Below, in pieces: positions 20,088 to 29,408 of a stretch of 64,000 bases of DNA. A model generated the notes under the pieces. The model was not told the DNA's origin. It did no database searches and saw only the letters and a program-made list of their open reading frames with translations. The translations under genes were made by a program, and so were the position numbers. This DNA is from Candidatus Dormiibacterota bacterium (lineage in GTDB: Bacteria > Chloroflexota > Dormibacteria > Aeolococcales > Aeolococcaceae), in NCBI GenBank assembly GCA_035552595.1, contig DASZKZ010000021.1, positions 17,729 through 81,728 of the forward strand, read 5' to 3'. The first letter of the stretch is position 1. Every line of letters begins with the position of its first letter.

Positions 20088-21098
20088 ATGTCGATCGTGG
20101 ACGGCATGGACGACGACAGCATCGCCACGCCCGGTGGCCCAGCGCCTAGCGCGGCTGGACACCGGCCGGTCCTTCTACATCCGCTAATACAGAGCCTGCA
20201 GCCCCGTCCGGGACAGACGTTCATCGACGGCACCCTCGGTGCCGGCGGCTACGTCACGGCGTTCCTCGAACGCATCAGCCCCGGCGGGCGCATCCTTGCC
20301 ATCGACCGCGATCCGGCGGCGGTGGCGATCGCCCGGCGGCGTTTCGCGAGCGACAGCGGCGTCATCGTCGAGCGCGGAGATTTCGCCGAGCTGGAGTCCA
20401 TCGCCGCCAGACATGGCATGGCCATCGGCTCCGTCGATGGGGTCACCCTCGACCTCGGCATCTCGTCGGTGCAGCTCGACGACCCCGGCCGCGGATTCAG
20501 CTTCCGCTTCGAGGGTCCGCTGGACATGCGCATCGACCCCAGCCAGGGGCGCTCCGCGTCCGACATCGTCAACCAATGGTCGGAGGCGGATCTGACCGCG
20601 CTGATCCGCACCTACGGAGACGAGCGCTTCGCGCGCAGCATCGCCACCGCAGTGGTGCGGCGCCGAGCCGACCAGCCGATCACCACCACCACGCAGCTCC
20701 GCGAACTCGTGGAGCGGAGCATCCCGCGACGCTTCTGGCCGAAGCGCATCCACCCCGCGACCCGCACCTTCCAAGCGCTGCGCATCGAGGTGAACCACGA
20801 GCTGGAGAGCCTCAACTCGGGACTGCAGGCCGCAATTCGCATCCTCCGGCCCGGTGGGCGTCTTGGGGTCGTCTCTTTCCACTCTCTCGAGGACACCATT
20901 GTCAAGAACGCACTCCACGTCTCAGCACAGAACTGTCTATGTCCGCCCCAACAGACCCACTGCACCTGCGCTCACCGGGCCTCTCTTCTTCTCCTCAGCC
21001 GCAAGGCGATCAAGCCCGACGCCGCTGAGCTCGCGACCAACCCGCGAGCCCGCTCCGCCCGGCTCCGCGTCGCCGAGAAGCTCGACGACGAGCGCTAG
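20088..21098 (+). CDS. rsmH: 16S rRNA (cytosine1402-N4)-methyltransferase
   Basis: HRPVLL, FIDGTLGAGGY, LDLGISS, SFHSLEDTIVK. Confidence 0.9.
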   Translation: MSIVDGMDDDSIATPGGPAPSAAGHRPVLLHPLIQSLQPRPGQTFIDGTLGAGGYVTAFLERISPGGRILAIDRDPAAVAIARRRFASDSGVIVERGDFAELESIAARHGMAIGSVDGVTLDLGISSVQLDDPGRGFSFRFEGPLDMRIDPSQGRSASDIVNQWSEADLTALIRTYGDERFARSIATAVVRRRADQPITTTTQLRELVERSIPRRFWPKRIHPATRTFQALRIEVNHELESLNSGLQAAIRILRPGGRLGVVSFHSLEDTIVKNALHVSAQNCLCPPQQTHCTCAHRASLLLLSRKAIKPDAAELATNPRARSARLRVAEKLDDER

Positions 21099-21174
21099 CC
21101 GCGCCCGCCGTCGGATCCCGATCCCGTCGCGTCCGTCTCACCATTCCGTCCCTGCCCACACGGAGATCCGGGCT

Positions 21175-21663
21175 GTGCCCAGAACGTCACGTCCACAACC
21201 TCCCGCCGATGATCTCGCTGGTGTTCCGCTCGACGAAGCACCGGCTCGCCGCACCCGGCTCCGTCGCGGCGGTCCGCGCACGCCCCTGCCCCTGCTGCCG
21301 CTGATCGCGGCGCTCGCCGGCGTGGGGCTGGCCTACGTCAGCCAGAGCGCCCATGCCACCCAGGCCACGTACCAGGCCTCGGCGCTGACCGACCAGGTCA
21401 TCCAGCTGCGCACCCAGGACTCGCAGCTCGGCGACGACCTGGCACGCCTGGAGAGCGCGGAGCGCATCGTCGCCGCGGCGCAGCAGCTGGGCATGCGCCC
21501 GGCCGGGCGCTGGTCCTACGTCGACGCGCAGCTCAAGCCGGTGATCAGCGTTCCCGCGCCGCTGGTGGCCGCGCAAGCCCCCTCGGGTGACCCGCTGCAG
21601 CAGTTCGTGGCTGTGGTCGGCGGCGCCTTCGGCGTGCACAGCAGCTCGGGCGCCACTCCGTGA
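21175..21663 (+). CDS. ftsL: FtsL-like cell division protein (start uncertain)
   Basis: Distal part of track ORF 20854..21663, which would otherwise overlap rsmH. Single TM (LPLLPLIAALAGVGLAYV), a coiled-coil stretch and AERIVAAAQQLGM typical of FtsL-type proteins. Positioned between rsmH and ftsI. Confidence 0.5.
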   Translation: MPRTSRPQPPADDLAGVPLDEAPARRTRLRRGGPRTPLPLLPLIAALAGVGLAYVSQSAHATQATYQASALTDQVIQLRTQDSQLGDDLARLESAERIVAAAQQLGMRPAGRWSYVDAQLKPVISVPAPLVAAQAPSGDPLQQFVAVVGGAFGVHSSSGATP

Positions 21664-23423
21664 GCCGGCGTCGCGACGACGCCCGGTCGTCGCGGGTGCG
21701 TGGCTGGTTCGTCGCCGATGCCCCTGACTTCCGCCACCGCGGCACCTGGCTGGCGCTGGCGTTTGCCGCCATGGCGATCACCCTCTGCGCCCGCCTCGTC
21801 GATGTGCAGGTGCTGCAGCACGCCACGCTGGCCGCCCGGGCCGCTGAGCTGCACCAGAAGTCGGTGACCATCCCGGCGACGCGGGGGCGGATCCTCGACA
21901 GCACCGGCCGGGTGCTGGTCAGCAACCGCACCGTCTACGACGTCTACGCCGACCCCGGCCTGATCGCCGTCTCCACACGCGCCGATGTGGCCCGCCAGCT
22001 CGCCCAGGTCCTGTCCCTGGACACCACCGCCGTGCTCTCCCTGATCTCCAAGCCGACCCGTTTCGTCTACCTCGCCAAGGCGGTGTCGCAACAGGTCAGC
22101 GACCAGCTCACCAACCTCAACCTCTCCGGGATCGTCGTCGAGCCCGCCCAGCAGCGGGTGTACGAGCCGTCACCGGTGGCCGGAACGTCCTTCGCCGCCA
22201 ACCTGCTCGGTTACGTCAACCACGACGGCAACGGCCAGTACGGGCTGGAGGCGTATTACAACGCTGTGCTGCACGGCACCAACGGGCAGCAGTCGACGGT
22301 GCGTGACGTGGCCGGCAACTCGATCACCCTGAGCAACGACCCCCAATCGATGGCGCGCGACGGCCAGGACCTCCAGCTGGGTCTCGACTCGGAGGTGCAG
22401 TACTGGGCCGAGCAGGCGATCGCGCAGGGGGTCGCCAAGGCGCAGGCGGCCTCGGGGACGCTGATCATGATGGACACCAAGACGGGTGCCATCCGGGCCT
22501 GGGCGCAGGCCCCGACGTACAACGCCAACTCCTACTGGACCTCATCGATCGCCGATTTCCGCGACCTGGCGGTGGCCAACCTCTACGAGCCCGGCTCGGT
22601 GCAGAAGGTGGTGACCTTCGCGGGCGGTCTCAACACCGACGCGATCACCCCCGGGTACACCTTCAACGAGGGCCCGACCACAATCGACGGGGCCACCATC
22701 CGAGACTGGGACGGTCGCGGCCACGGTACCATCACCATGCAGACGGTCCTCGACGACTCCCTGAACAACGGAGCCATCAAGGTGGGACAGTTGATGGGCG
22801 CGAACGCCTTCTACAGCAACATGCTGGCGTTCGGCATGGGGGCACCGACCGGCGTCGACCTCGCCGGTGAGCAGAACATCCCCCTGCCGGCGCAGAGCCA
22901 GTGGACCAACCTCGATCTCGCCGAGGCCGCCTTCGGACAGCGCATCCAGGTCACACCCATCGAGGAGCTCGCCGCCATCAACGCCGTCGCCAACGGGGGA
23001 GTATGGGTGCAGCCGCACGCCGTGCAGGCGGTCATCGACCCCGCCACCGGCAAGTCCGCGGTGGTGGTCCCCACCACACGTCGCGTCATCTCCACCGCCG
23101 CGGCCGCCACCCTCGCGCAGATGATGACCGGCGTGGTCGAGGACCGCGGAGCTGAGGGGTCGGCGGCGAAGATCCCCGCCTTCAAGGGTGAGGTCGCCGG
23201 CAAGACCGGCACCGCCAGCGTGGCCACCAACGGTCACTACGGCAGCGACGTGGTGGTCTCGTTCGCCGGCTTCCTTCCCGCCAAGAATCCCCAGTTCACC
23301 ATGCTGGTGGTGCTCAACTACCCGCACGAGGGATACGTGGTGCGCTTCGGGGCCACGCTGGCCGCCCCGGTCTGGAAGCAGGTCGCTCAGGTGGCCATCG
23401 ACCAGTGGCGGATCACGCCGTGA
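21660..23423 (+). CDS. ftsI: peptidoglycan D,D-transpeptidase FtsI (class B PBP)
   Basis: N-terminal TM, SVQK (SxxK), SLN (SxN), KTGT. GTGA overlap with the ftsL stop. Confidence 0.9.
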   Translation: MSRRRDDARSSRVRGWFVADAPDFRHRGTWLALAFAAMAITLCARLVDVQVLQHATLAARAAELHQKSVTIPATRGRILDSTGRVLVSNRTVYDVYADPGLIAVSTRADVARQLAQVLSLDTTAVLSLISKPTRFVYLAKAVSQQVSDQLTNLNLSGIVVEPAQQRVYEPSPVAGTSFAANLLGYVNHDGNGQYGLEAYYNAVLHGTNGQQSTVRDVAGNSITLSNDPQSMARDGQDLQLGLDSEVQYWAEQAIAQGVAKAQAASGTLIMMDTKTGAIRAWAQAPTYNANSYWTSSIADFRDLAVANLYEPGSVQKVVTFAGGLNTDAITPGYTFNEGPTTIDGATIRDWDGRGHGTITMQTVLDDSLNNGAIKVGQLMGANAFYSNMLAFGMGAPTGVDLAGEQNIPLPAQSQWTNLDLAEAAFGQRIQVTPIEELAAINAVANGGVWVQPHAVQAVIDPATGKSAVVVPTTRRVISTAAAATLAQMMTGVVEDRGAEGSAAKIPAFKGEVAGKTGTASVATNGHYGSDVVVSFAGFLPAKNPQFTMLVVLNYPHEGYVVRFGATLAAPVWKQVAQVAIDQWRITP

Positions 23424-24382
23424 AGCACGCCGCCCTGGTCCTGGTGCTCGCCTTCGGCGCCGGGGTGGCCCTCTACCCGTGGTTGACGACCCAGCTGGCC
23501 CGCAGCGGTGCGGGGCAGCGCGTCCAGAGCTACAACCCGTCCTCGCACATGATCAAGGTGGGCACCCCGACGATGGGTGGGGTTCTCTTCTGCGCCATCG
23601 CCGTGCTCGCCTGGCTGGTGTTCGATCGCAGCCGGGTCGGCTTCGTGGCCGTGTTCGCCCTCGGGGCCGGCGCCGTCATCGGTCTGCTCGACGACCGTGA
23701 CAACATCCGTGGCAAGGGTGTGTTCGGTCTGGGCGCCTACCAGAAGATCGCCTTCCAGGCGTTTGTGGGCCTGCTCGTGGGCATCGGCCTCGACGTCGCC
23801 GGCGCCACCCGCCAGTACCTTCCCGGCCTGGGCGCGCCCGACCTGCACGGCGCCGGCATCGTCCTGGTCAGCATCCTGGCGGTGGTCGCCGTCAGCAACG
23901 CGGTCAACCTCACCGACGGCGTCGACGGGCTGGCGGCGAGCTGTTCAGCGATCGTGTTCGCCGGCCTGCTGGCCGTGGCGGTACACCAGCACGCGCTCCC
24001 CGTGGTCATCGTCACCGCGGCGCTGGTCGGCGGCCTGGCGGCCTTCCTGGTGTTCAACTGGTTCCCGGCGCGACTCTTCATGGGGGACACGGGGGCGCTG
24101 GCGCTGGGCTGCGCGCTTGTGGCCACCGCCGCCGAGGTCCATCTCCTCTGGCTGCTCCCCCTGATGGGCATCGTCTTCGTCGCCGAGACGCTCAGCGTGA
24201 TCATCAACGTCACCGCCATCCGCCGTTTCCACCGCCGCATCCTGCGCGCCAGCCCGCTGCACCATCACTTCGAGGAGCTCGGCCTGCGCGAGAGGCGGCT
24301 GGTGGCCTGCTTCGCCGCGGCCGCCGCCGCGGGCACGCTCCTGACGGTGCTGTACGCGCGCTCGCAAGGAGTGGTGGCGTGA
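23420..24382 (+). CDS. mraY: phospho-N-acetylmuramoyl-pentapeptide transferase
   Basis: NAVNLTDGVDGLA and a multi-TM profile. GTG 23420 overlaps the ftsI stop (GTGA); the track ORF begins at GTG 23405. Confidence 0.9.
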   Translation: MKHAALVLVLAFGAGVALYPWLTTQLARSGAGQRVQSYNPSSHMIKVGTPTMGGVLFCAIAVLAWLVFDRSRVGFVAVFALGAGAVIGLLDDRDNIRGKGVFGLGAYQKIAFQAFVGLLVGIGLDVAGATRQYLPGLGAPDLHGAGIVLVSILAVVAVSNAVNLTDGVDGLAASCSAIVFAGLLAVAVHQHALPVVIVTAALVGGLAAFLVFNWFPARLFMGDTGALALGCALVATAAEVHLLWLLPLMGIVFVAETLSVIINVTAIRRFHRRILRASPLHHHFEELGLRERRLVACFAAAAAAGTLLTVLYARSQGVVA

Positions 24383-25731
24383 GCGGACGCGCCGTGGTCA
24401 TCGGGTTGGGGCGCAGCGGGATCGCCTGCGCGCGCGTGCTCGCCGCCGACGGCTACGAGGTGCTCGCCGTCGACCGCGGTGACGATCCCCGTTTGCGCGA
24501 GGCGGTGTCCCGCCTCCCCCGCGGAGTCCAGGCCCAGCTGGGCGGCTACACACCCGATGTGGTGCGCGATGCCGCCCTGGTGTGTCCCTCGCCCGGAGTG
24601 CACTGGAACGCGCCGGAGCTGGAGCTGGCGCGCAGCCTCGGCATCCCGGTGCGAAGCGAGATGGCGCTGGTGTTCGAGCGCTGCCGCGGGCGCATCGTCG
24701 GCATCACCGGCACCAACGGCAAGACCACCACCACCAGCCTGTGCGCCGCCGTCATCGGACGCGATGGGCGGCGCGTGCATCTCGGCGGCAACATCGGTGC
24801 CACCATCCTCGATCGCCTCGACACCGTGGCCAGCGGCGACTGGGTGGTTCTCGAGCTCTCCTCGTTTCAGCTGGAGTCCGTCGACGCACCCGCGTGCGAG
24901 ATCGCCGCCGTCCTCAACATCAGCCCCGATCACCTCGACCGCCACGGCACCATGGAGGCGTACGTCGCCGTCAAGCGGCGCCTGGTGGAGCACGCGCGAT
25001 CGTGCACGGTGCTGGGATGTGATGACCCGGTGACGCGCGCGATGGCGCCGTCGAGCAGCGCGCCCGTCCGCTTTTTCGGGACTGACCTCGGCGGTGGCGA
25101 CGGCGCCACCGTGGACGGCGATGACATCGTCGTCGTCGAGTCCGGCTCCATCGAACCGGTGATGGCGGTCGCCGACATCCCGCTCTTCGGCGCCCACAAC
25201 GTGCTCAACGTGCTCGCGGTCACCGCCATCGGGCGCGCCGCGGGGGTGGCGACCGCCGACATCGCCGCCGCCGTGCGGGACTTCTCCGCGGTCCCGCACC
25301 GTCTCGAGATCGTGCTCGAGGACAAGGGCGTCCTGTGGATCAACGACAGCAAGGCGACCAACGTGGACGCCGCGTCGCGCGCCCTGGAGTCCTTCGACCG
25401 CCCCATCATCTGGATCGGAGGCGGCTACAGCAAGGGTGTGGCGGCCACCGAGCTGGCCGCGGCGGTGGCGGAGCACGCCAGCTTCGCCATCCTCACCGGG
25501 GATACCGCCGCCGAGCTCGACGCGGCTCTCGCCGAGCGCGGTTTCACCAATCGGACGATGGTCCCCGACCAGGAGTCGGCGGTGCGCGCCGCGGCGCTGC
25601 GTGCCGGCGCCGGTGACGTGGTGCTGCTGGCTCCCGGGTACGCCAGCTTCGACCGGTTCGGCAGCTTCGAGGAGCGCGGTGCCGCCTTCGCGGCGTCGGT
25701 GCGGGCGCTGGTCACCGGAGCCGCGCGCTGA
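24379..25731 (+). CDS. murD: UDP-N-acetylmuramoylalanine--D-glutamate ligase
   Basis: GLGRSG N-terminal fold and GITGTNGKTTTTSL P-loop. 4-nt overlap with mraY. Confidence 0.9.
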   Translation: MSGRAVVIGLGRSGIACARVLAADGYEVLAVDRGDDPRLREAVSRLPRGVQAQLGGYTPDVVRDAALVCPSPGVHWNAPELELARSLGIPVRSEMALVFERCRGRIVGITGTNGKTTTTSLCAAVIGRDGRRVHLGGNIGATILDRLDTVASGDWVVLELSSFQLESVDAPACEIAAVLNISPDHLDRHGTMEAYVAVKRRLVEHARSCTVLGCDDPVTRAMAPSSSAPVRFFGTDLGGGDGATVDGDDIVVVESGSIEPVMAVADIPLFGAHNVLNVLAVTAIGRAAGVATADIAAAVRDFSAVPHRLEIVLEDKGVLWINDSKATNVDAASRALESFDRPIIWIGGGYSKGVAATELAAAVAEHASFAILTGDTAAELDAALAERGFTNRTMVPDQESAVRAAALRAGAGDVVLLAPGYASFDRFGSFEERGAAFAASVRALVTGAAR

Positions 25732-26990
25732 TGGCGGCTCGCACCCGGCCGGCCGGGATCCCCGCGCTCCGCCTCCGCGAGACGCTCACCGGCGGCCGCA
25801 CCCTGAGCCTGGGCGGCGTCGACGGGTGGCTGCTCACCGACATTGCCGCGCTCTGCGCCTTCGGACTGGTGATGGTCTACAGCGCCAGCGAGGCGCTGGG
25901 CTTTCTCTGGTTCGAGAACGCCAACTACTTCTTCGAGAGACAGCTGGTGGGCATGGGGCTGGGGGTGGTCGCGCTGGTGATCCTGGCGCGCACCGACTAC
26001 CACCGCCTGCGCCGCGTCGCCCCGGTTCTGGCCCTGTGCCTGCTCGGACTGCTGGTGCTGGTGCTGCTGCCCCACTTCGGCACGGCGGCCAACGGCGCGC
26101 GGCGCTGGTTCACCGTCGGGCCACTCTCCGTGCAGCCGTCGGCGATCGCCATCCTGGTCTCGGTGCTGTTCTTCTCGAAGTGGCTGACGGACCGGGGCCC
26201 GGCGATTCGCACGGTTCGCGGAGTGCGTGACTACGGCCTGCTCGTGGGCGTGCTGCTCGGCCTCGTGCTCCTGGAGCGCGACCTGGGCAGCAGCATCATC
26301 ATCGCGGGCACCGCGCTGGTGCTGCTGGCGCTCGGTGGGGTGCGCAAGCGCCACCTCATGGCGCTCTCCGGGGTGGTCATGATCGGCGGCTACCTGCTGG
26401 TCACCCTGGTGGCCTACCGCTCCAACCGCCTGACCACCTTCACGCACCCCTGCGACGACCCGCTCAACACCGGCTTCCAGGCATGCCAGGCTCTCTACGC
26501 GCTGGGCAGCGGCGGGCTCGGAGGAGTGGGCCTGGGCAACTCCATCCAGAAGTACCAGTGGCTGCCGGAGGCACACACCGACTTCATCTTCGCCATCATC
26601 GGTGAGGAGCTTGGGCTGATTGGAACCGTCAGCGTGATCCTGGCGTTCACACTCCTGCTGTGGCGGGGAGTGCGGGCCTCGCTGCGCGCGCCCGACTCCT
26701 ATGGAGCGCTCATCGCCGGAGGGATCACTGCGTGGATCGGCATCCAAGCGTTCGTCAACATCGGGGCCGTCACCGGTGTGATCCCCACCACCGGCATCCC
26801 GCTGCCGTTCATCAGCTACGGTGGCACCTCGCTGGCGATGACGCTCGCGGGAGTCGGCATCCTCTGCAACGTGTCAGCTCAGGGCCGCAGACAGGGGGTG
26901 ACACTGCGTGCGCACGTTGATCGCCGGCGGCGGGACGGGTGGCCATCTGACCCCGGTGCTCGCCCTGGCCCAGGAGCTGCGCGGCTCTGA
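25731..26990 (+). CDS. ftsW: SEDS-family peptidoglycan glycosyltransferase FtsW
   Basis: PEAHTDFIFAIIGEELGLIG, PLPFISYGGTS, about 10 TM. The C-terminal tail overlaps murG by 83 nt. Confidence 0.85.
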   Translation: MAARTRPAGIPALRLRETLTGGRTLSLGGVDGWLLTDIAALCAFGLVMVYSASEALGFLWFENANYFFERQLVGMGLGVVALVILARTDYHRLRRVAPVLALCLLGLLVLVLLPHFGTAANGARRWFTVGPLSVQPSAIAILVSVLFFSKWLTDRGPAIRTVRGVRDYGLLVGVLLGLVLLERDLGSSIIIAGTALVLLALGGVRKRHLMALSGVVMIGGYLLVTLVAYRSNRLTTFTHPCDDPLNTGFQACQALYALGSGGLGGVGLGNSIQKYQWLPEAHTDFIFAIIGEELGLIGTVSVILAFTLLLWRGVRASLRAPDSYGALIAGGITAWIGIQAFVNIGAVTGVIPTTGIPLPFISYGGTSLAMTLAGVGILCNVSAQGRRQGVTLRAHVDRRRRDGWPSDPGARPGPGAARL

Positions 26991-28011
26991 TCCGGCCGGC
27001 GCCGTGCTGGTGGTGGGCCGCCGCGGCGGTGTCGCCGAGGGCCTTGTCACGGCGGCGGGATTCCCCCTGGAGACGCTCCGCGTGTCGGGCCTCGACGCCG
27101 GCAACGCGGTCAGCGTGGTCCGCTTTGCGGCGCAGCTTCCGCTGGCGGTGCGCACCGCTCGGCGGATCATCCGCAGGTTCGGTGCCGATGTCGTGGTGGG
27201 CGGCGCCGGCTACGTGAGCGTGCCCGTGGTGCTGGCCGCGCGATCATTGCGCGTCCCGGTGGCGCTCCTGGAGCAGAATGCCGTGCCGGGACGGGCCACG
27301 AGGATGCTCGCCCGGCGCCACACCCTGGTCGCGGCCGCCTTCGCGCAGACGGCCGCGCACCTCCGCCGGGCCCGGGTCGTGGACGTCGGCAATCCGATCC
27401 GCGCCGAGGTGCTGGCCACCCCGCTGCGCGCCCTCGGCGAGCGCTGCGAGCACCTCCTGGTGATGGGCGGATCCCAGGGCGCCAGACGCATCAACCATGC
27501 GGTGGCGGGGTGCGTGGCGACCCTTCTGGAGCAGCACCCCGGCCTGCGCGTCACCCACCAGACGGGCGCTCTCGACATCGAGGAGATGGAGGGGTTGCGG
27601 ACCGCGCTGTCTGCCGCCCTGCGCGAGCGCTGGGAGCTGAGCGCCTTCATCCGCGACGTCGGTCCCGCCATCGTCGCCGCCGACCTGGTGCTGATGCGGG
27701 CGGGGGGCTCGTCGGTTGCCGAGTGCTCCGCCCTGGGCCGGCCCATGATCCTGGTGCCCTACCCCCACGCCGGCGATCACCAGCGCTTCAACGCCGCCCT
27801 CTACGTGGAGGCGGGTGCCGCCCGGCTCATCCCCGACGCCGAATGCGAGCCGGATCGGGTGGCCGGCGAGGTGGCGGCGCTGCTCGGCGATCCGTCGGCG
27901 TGGCGGGGCGCCGCTGAGGCGAGCGGCCGGATGGGCCGGCGCGACGCGGCCTCGCGGATCGTGGGCCTGCTCGGCGAGTTGACGGGCCATGCGGCGAAAA
28001 TCCCGGGGTGA
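26908..28011 (+). CDS. murG: UDP-N-acetylglucosamine--N-acetylmuramyl-(pentapeptide) pyrophosphoryl-undecaprenol GlcNAc transferase
   Basis: MRTLIAGGGTGGHLTP N-terminus and MRAGGSSVAE. Confidence 0.9.
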   Translation: MRTLIAGGGTGGHLTPVLALAQELRGSDPAGAVLVVGRRGGVAEGLVTAAGFPLETLRVSGLDAGNAVSVVRFAAQLPLAVRTARRIIRRFGADVVVGGAGYVSVPVVLAARSLRVPVALLEQNAVPGRATRMLARRHTLVAAAFAQTAAHLRRARVVDVGNPIRAEVLATPLRALGERCEHLLVMGGSQGARRINHAVAGCVATLLEQHPGLRVTHQTGALDIEEMEGLRTALSAALRERWELSAFIRDVGPAIVAADLVLMRAGGSSVAECSALGRPMILVPYPHAGDHQRFNAALYVEAGAARLIPDAECEPDRVAGEVAALLGDPSAWRGAAEASGRMGRRDAASRIVGLLGELTGHAAKIPG

Positions 28012-29408
28012 CCGGTCACGTCCACTTCCTCGGCATCTGCGGGTACGCGGTCAGCGGCGCGGCCCTGGTGGCGCGCGAGCAGGGCTGGCGGGTCTCCGGC
28101 TCCGACGACGAGGCGTACCCGCCCACCACCGACATCCTCACCGCGGCGGGCGTCGACTGGGTGGACGGCAGCGACCCCGCCAACCTGGAGCGCTGGGGCG
28201 TGCCCGACCTGGTGGTGGTGGGCAACCAGACCCGGATGACCAACCCGGAGTGGCTGGCGGCGCGCGACCGCGGCCTGCCCACGCTCAGCGAGATCGAGTT
28301 CTACCTGCGCCTCACCGCCGAGCGCCGCCGGATCGCCGTCTGCGGGACCCACGGCAAGACCACCACGGCGGCTCTGCTGGCGCACATGCTGGCCCGCTGC
28401 GGCCTCGACCCCGGTTTCCGCCTGGGCTCGACGTCCCTCGACCTGGGCGGCAGCGCCCGGTTGGGGACGGGCCCCTTCGTGTTCGAGGGCGACGAGTACA
28501 CCACGGCGCCCTGGGATGCCCGTCCCAAGTTCCTCCACATCCGGCCCGCGGCGGCGTGCGTGACCCGCCTGGAGCTCGATCACCCCGACATCTATCCCAC
28601 CCTCGACGCCTATCGCGCGCCATTCGCGGAGCTGGCTAGGTCGATGCCGCGCCACGGCCTCCTGGTGCTCTGCGCCGACGACCCCGAATGCGCCGCCCTG
28701 GCCACCCAGGCCGCCTCCCGGGTGCTCACCTACGGCTGCGCCGAGGGCGCCGACTGGCGGGTGCGGCTCGGCCAGGACGACGGGATGCGCCAGACGTTCG
28801 AGCTGGCCCGCGGCGGCGAGGTCACCGAGGTCACTCTCACGTTCCCGGGCAGGCACAGCGCGCTCAACGCCACGGCGGCGCTGGCCCTGGCCGAGGACGC
28901 CGGCGCACCGCTGCAGCGATGCATCGAGGCGTGCGCGGACTTCCGGGGGCCGGCCCGGCGATTCGAGGTGGTCGGTGAGGTGGCGGGGATCACCGTGGTG
29001 GACGACTACGCCCATCACCCCACCGAGGTGGAGGTGACCATCGCCGCCGCGCGGCAGCGCTACCCCGGCCGGCGCCTGGTCGCCATCCACACGCCCCACA
29101 CCTACTCGCGCACCCGCACCCTCCTGGACGACTACGCCCACAGCTTCTCGGGAGCCGACGTGGTGGTGCTCGGCCCCATCGAGATGGCCAGGGAGCGGGG
29201 GATGGCGGCGACGGTGAGCAGCCACGACGTCGCCGCTCGCGTCGGAGACGCCGTGCCGGTGCACGTGGTGGGCTCGTCGGCCGAGGCGATCGAGCTGCTG
29301 GCGGACATCGCCCGGCCTGGCGACGTGCTCCTCGTCCTCTCGCTGGGTGGGTTCGACAAGATCGCGCTGCGGCTGCCCGCCGCGCTGGAGGCAGCCGGTG
29401 TCCGCTGA
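28008..29408 (+). CDS. murC: MurC/Mpl-family UDP-N-acetylmuramate ligase at the murC position
   Basis: GTHGKTTTAALLAHML P-loop, DDYAHHPTE, PHTYSRT. The N-terminal GICG, YPP and PDLVVVGN, and the central DEYTTAPWDARPKFLH, look Mpl-like (see findings). Confidence 0.8.
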   Translation: MTGHVHFLGICGYAVSGAALVAREQGWRVSGSDDEAYPPTTDILTAAGVDWVDGSDPANLERWGVPDLVVVGNQTRMTNPEWLAARDRGLPTLSEIEFYLRLTAERRRIAVCGTHGKTTTAALLAHMLARCGLDPGFRLGSTSLDLGGSARLGTGPFVFEGDEYTTAPWDARPKFLHIRPAAACVTRLELDHPDIYPTLDAYRAPFAELARSMPRHGLLVLCADDPECAALATQAASRVLTYGCAEGADWRVRLGQDDGMRQTFELARGGEVTEVTLTFPGRHSALNATAALALAEDAGAPLQRCIEACADFRGPARRFEVVGEVAGITVVDDYAHHPTEVEVTIAAARQRYPGRRLVAIHTPHTYSRTRTLLDDYAHSFSGADVVVLGPIEMARERGMAATVSSHDVAARVGDAVPVHVVGSSAEAIELLADIARPGDVLLVLSLGGFDKIALRLPAALEAAGVR

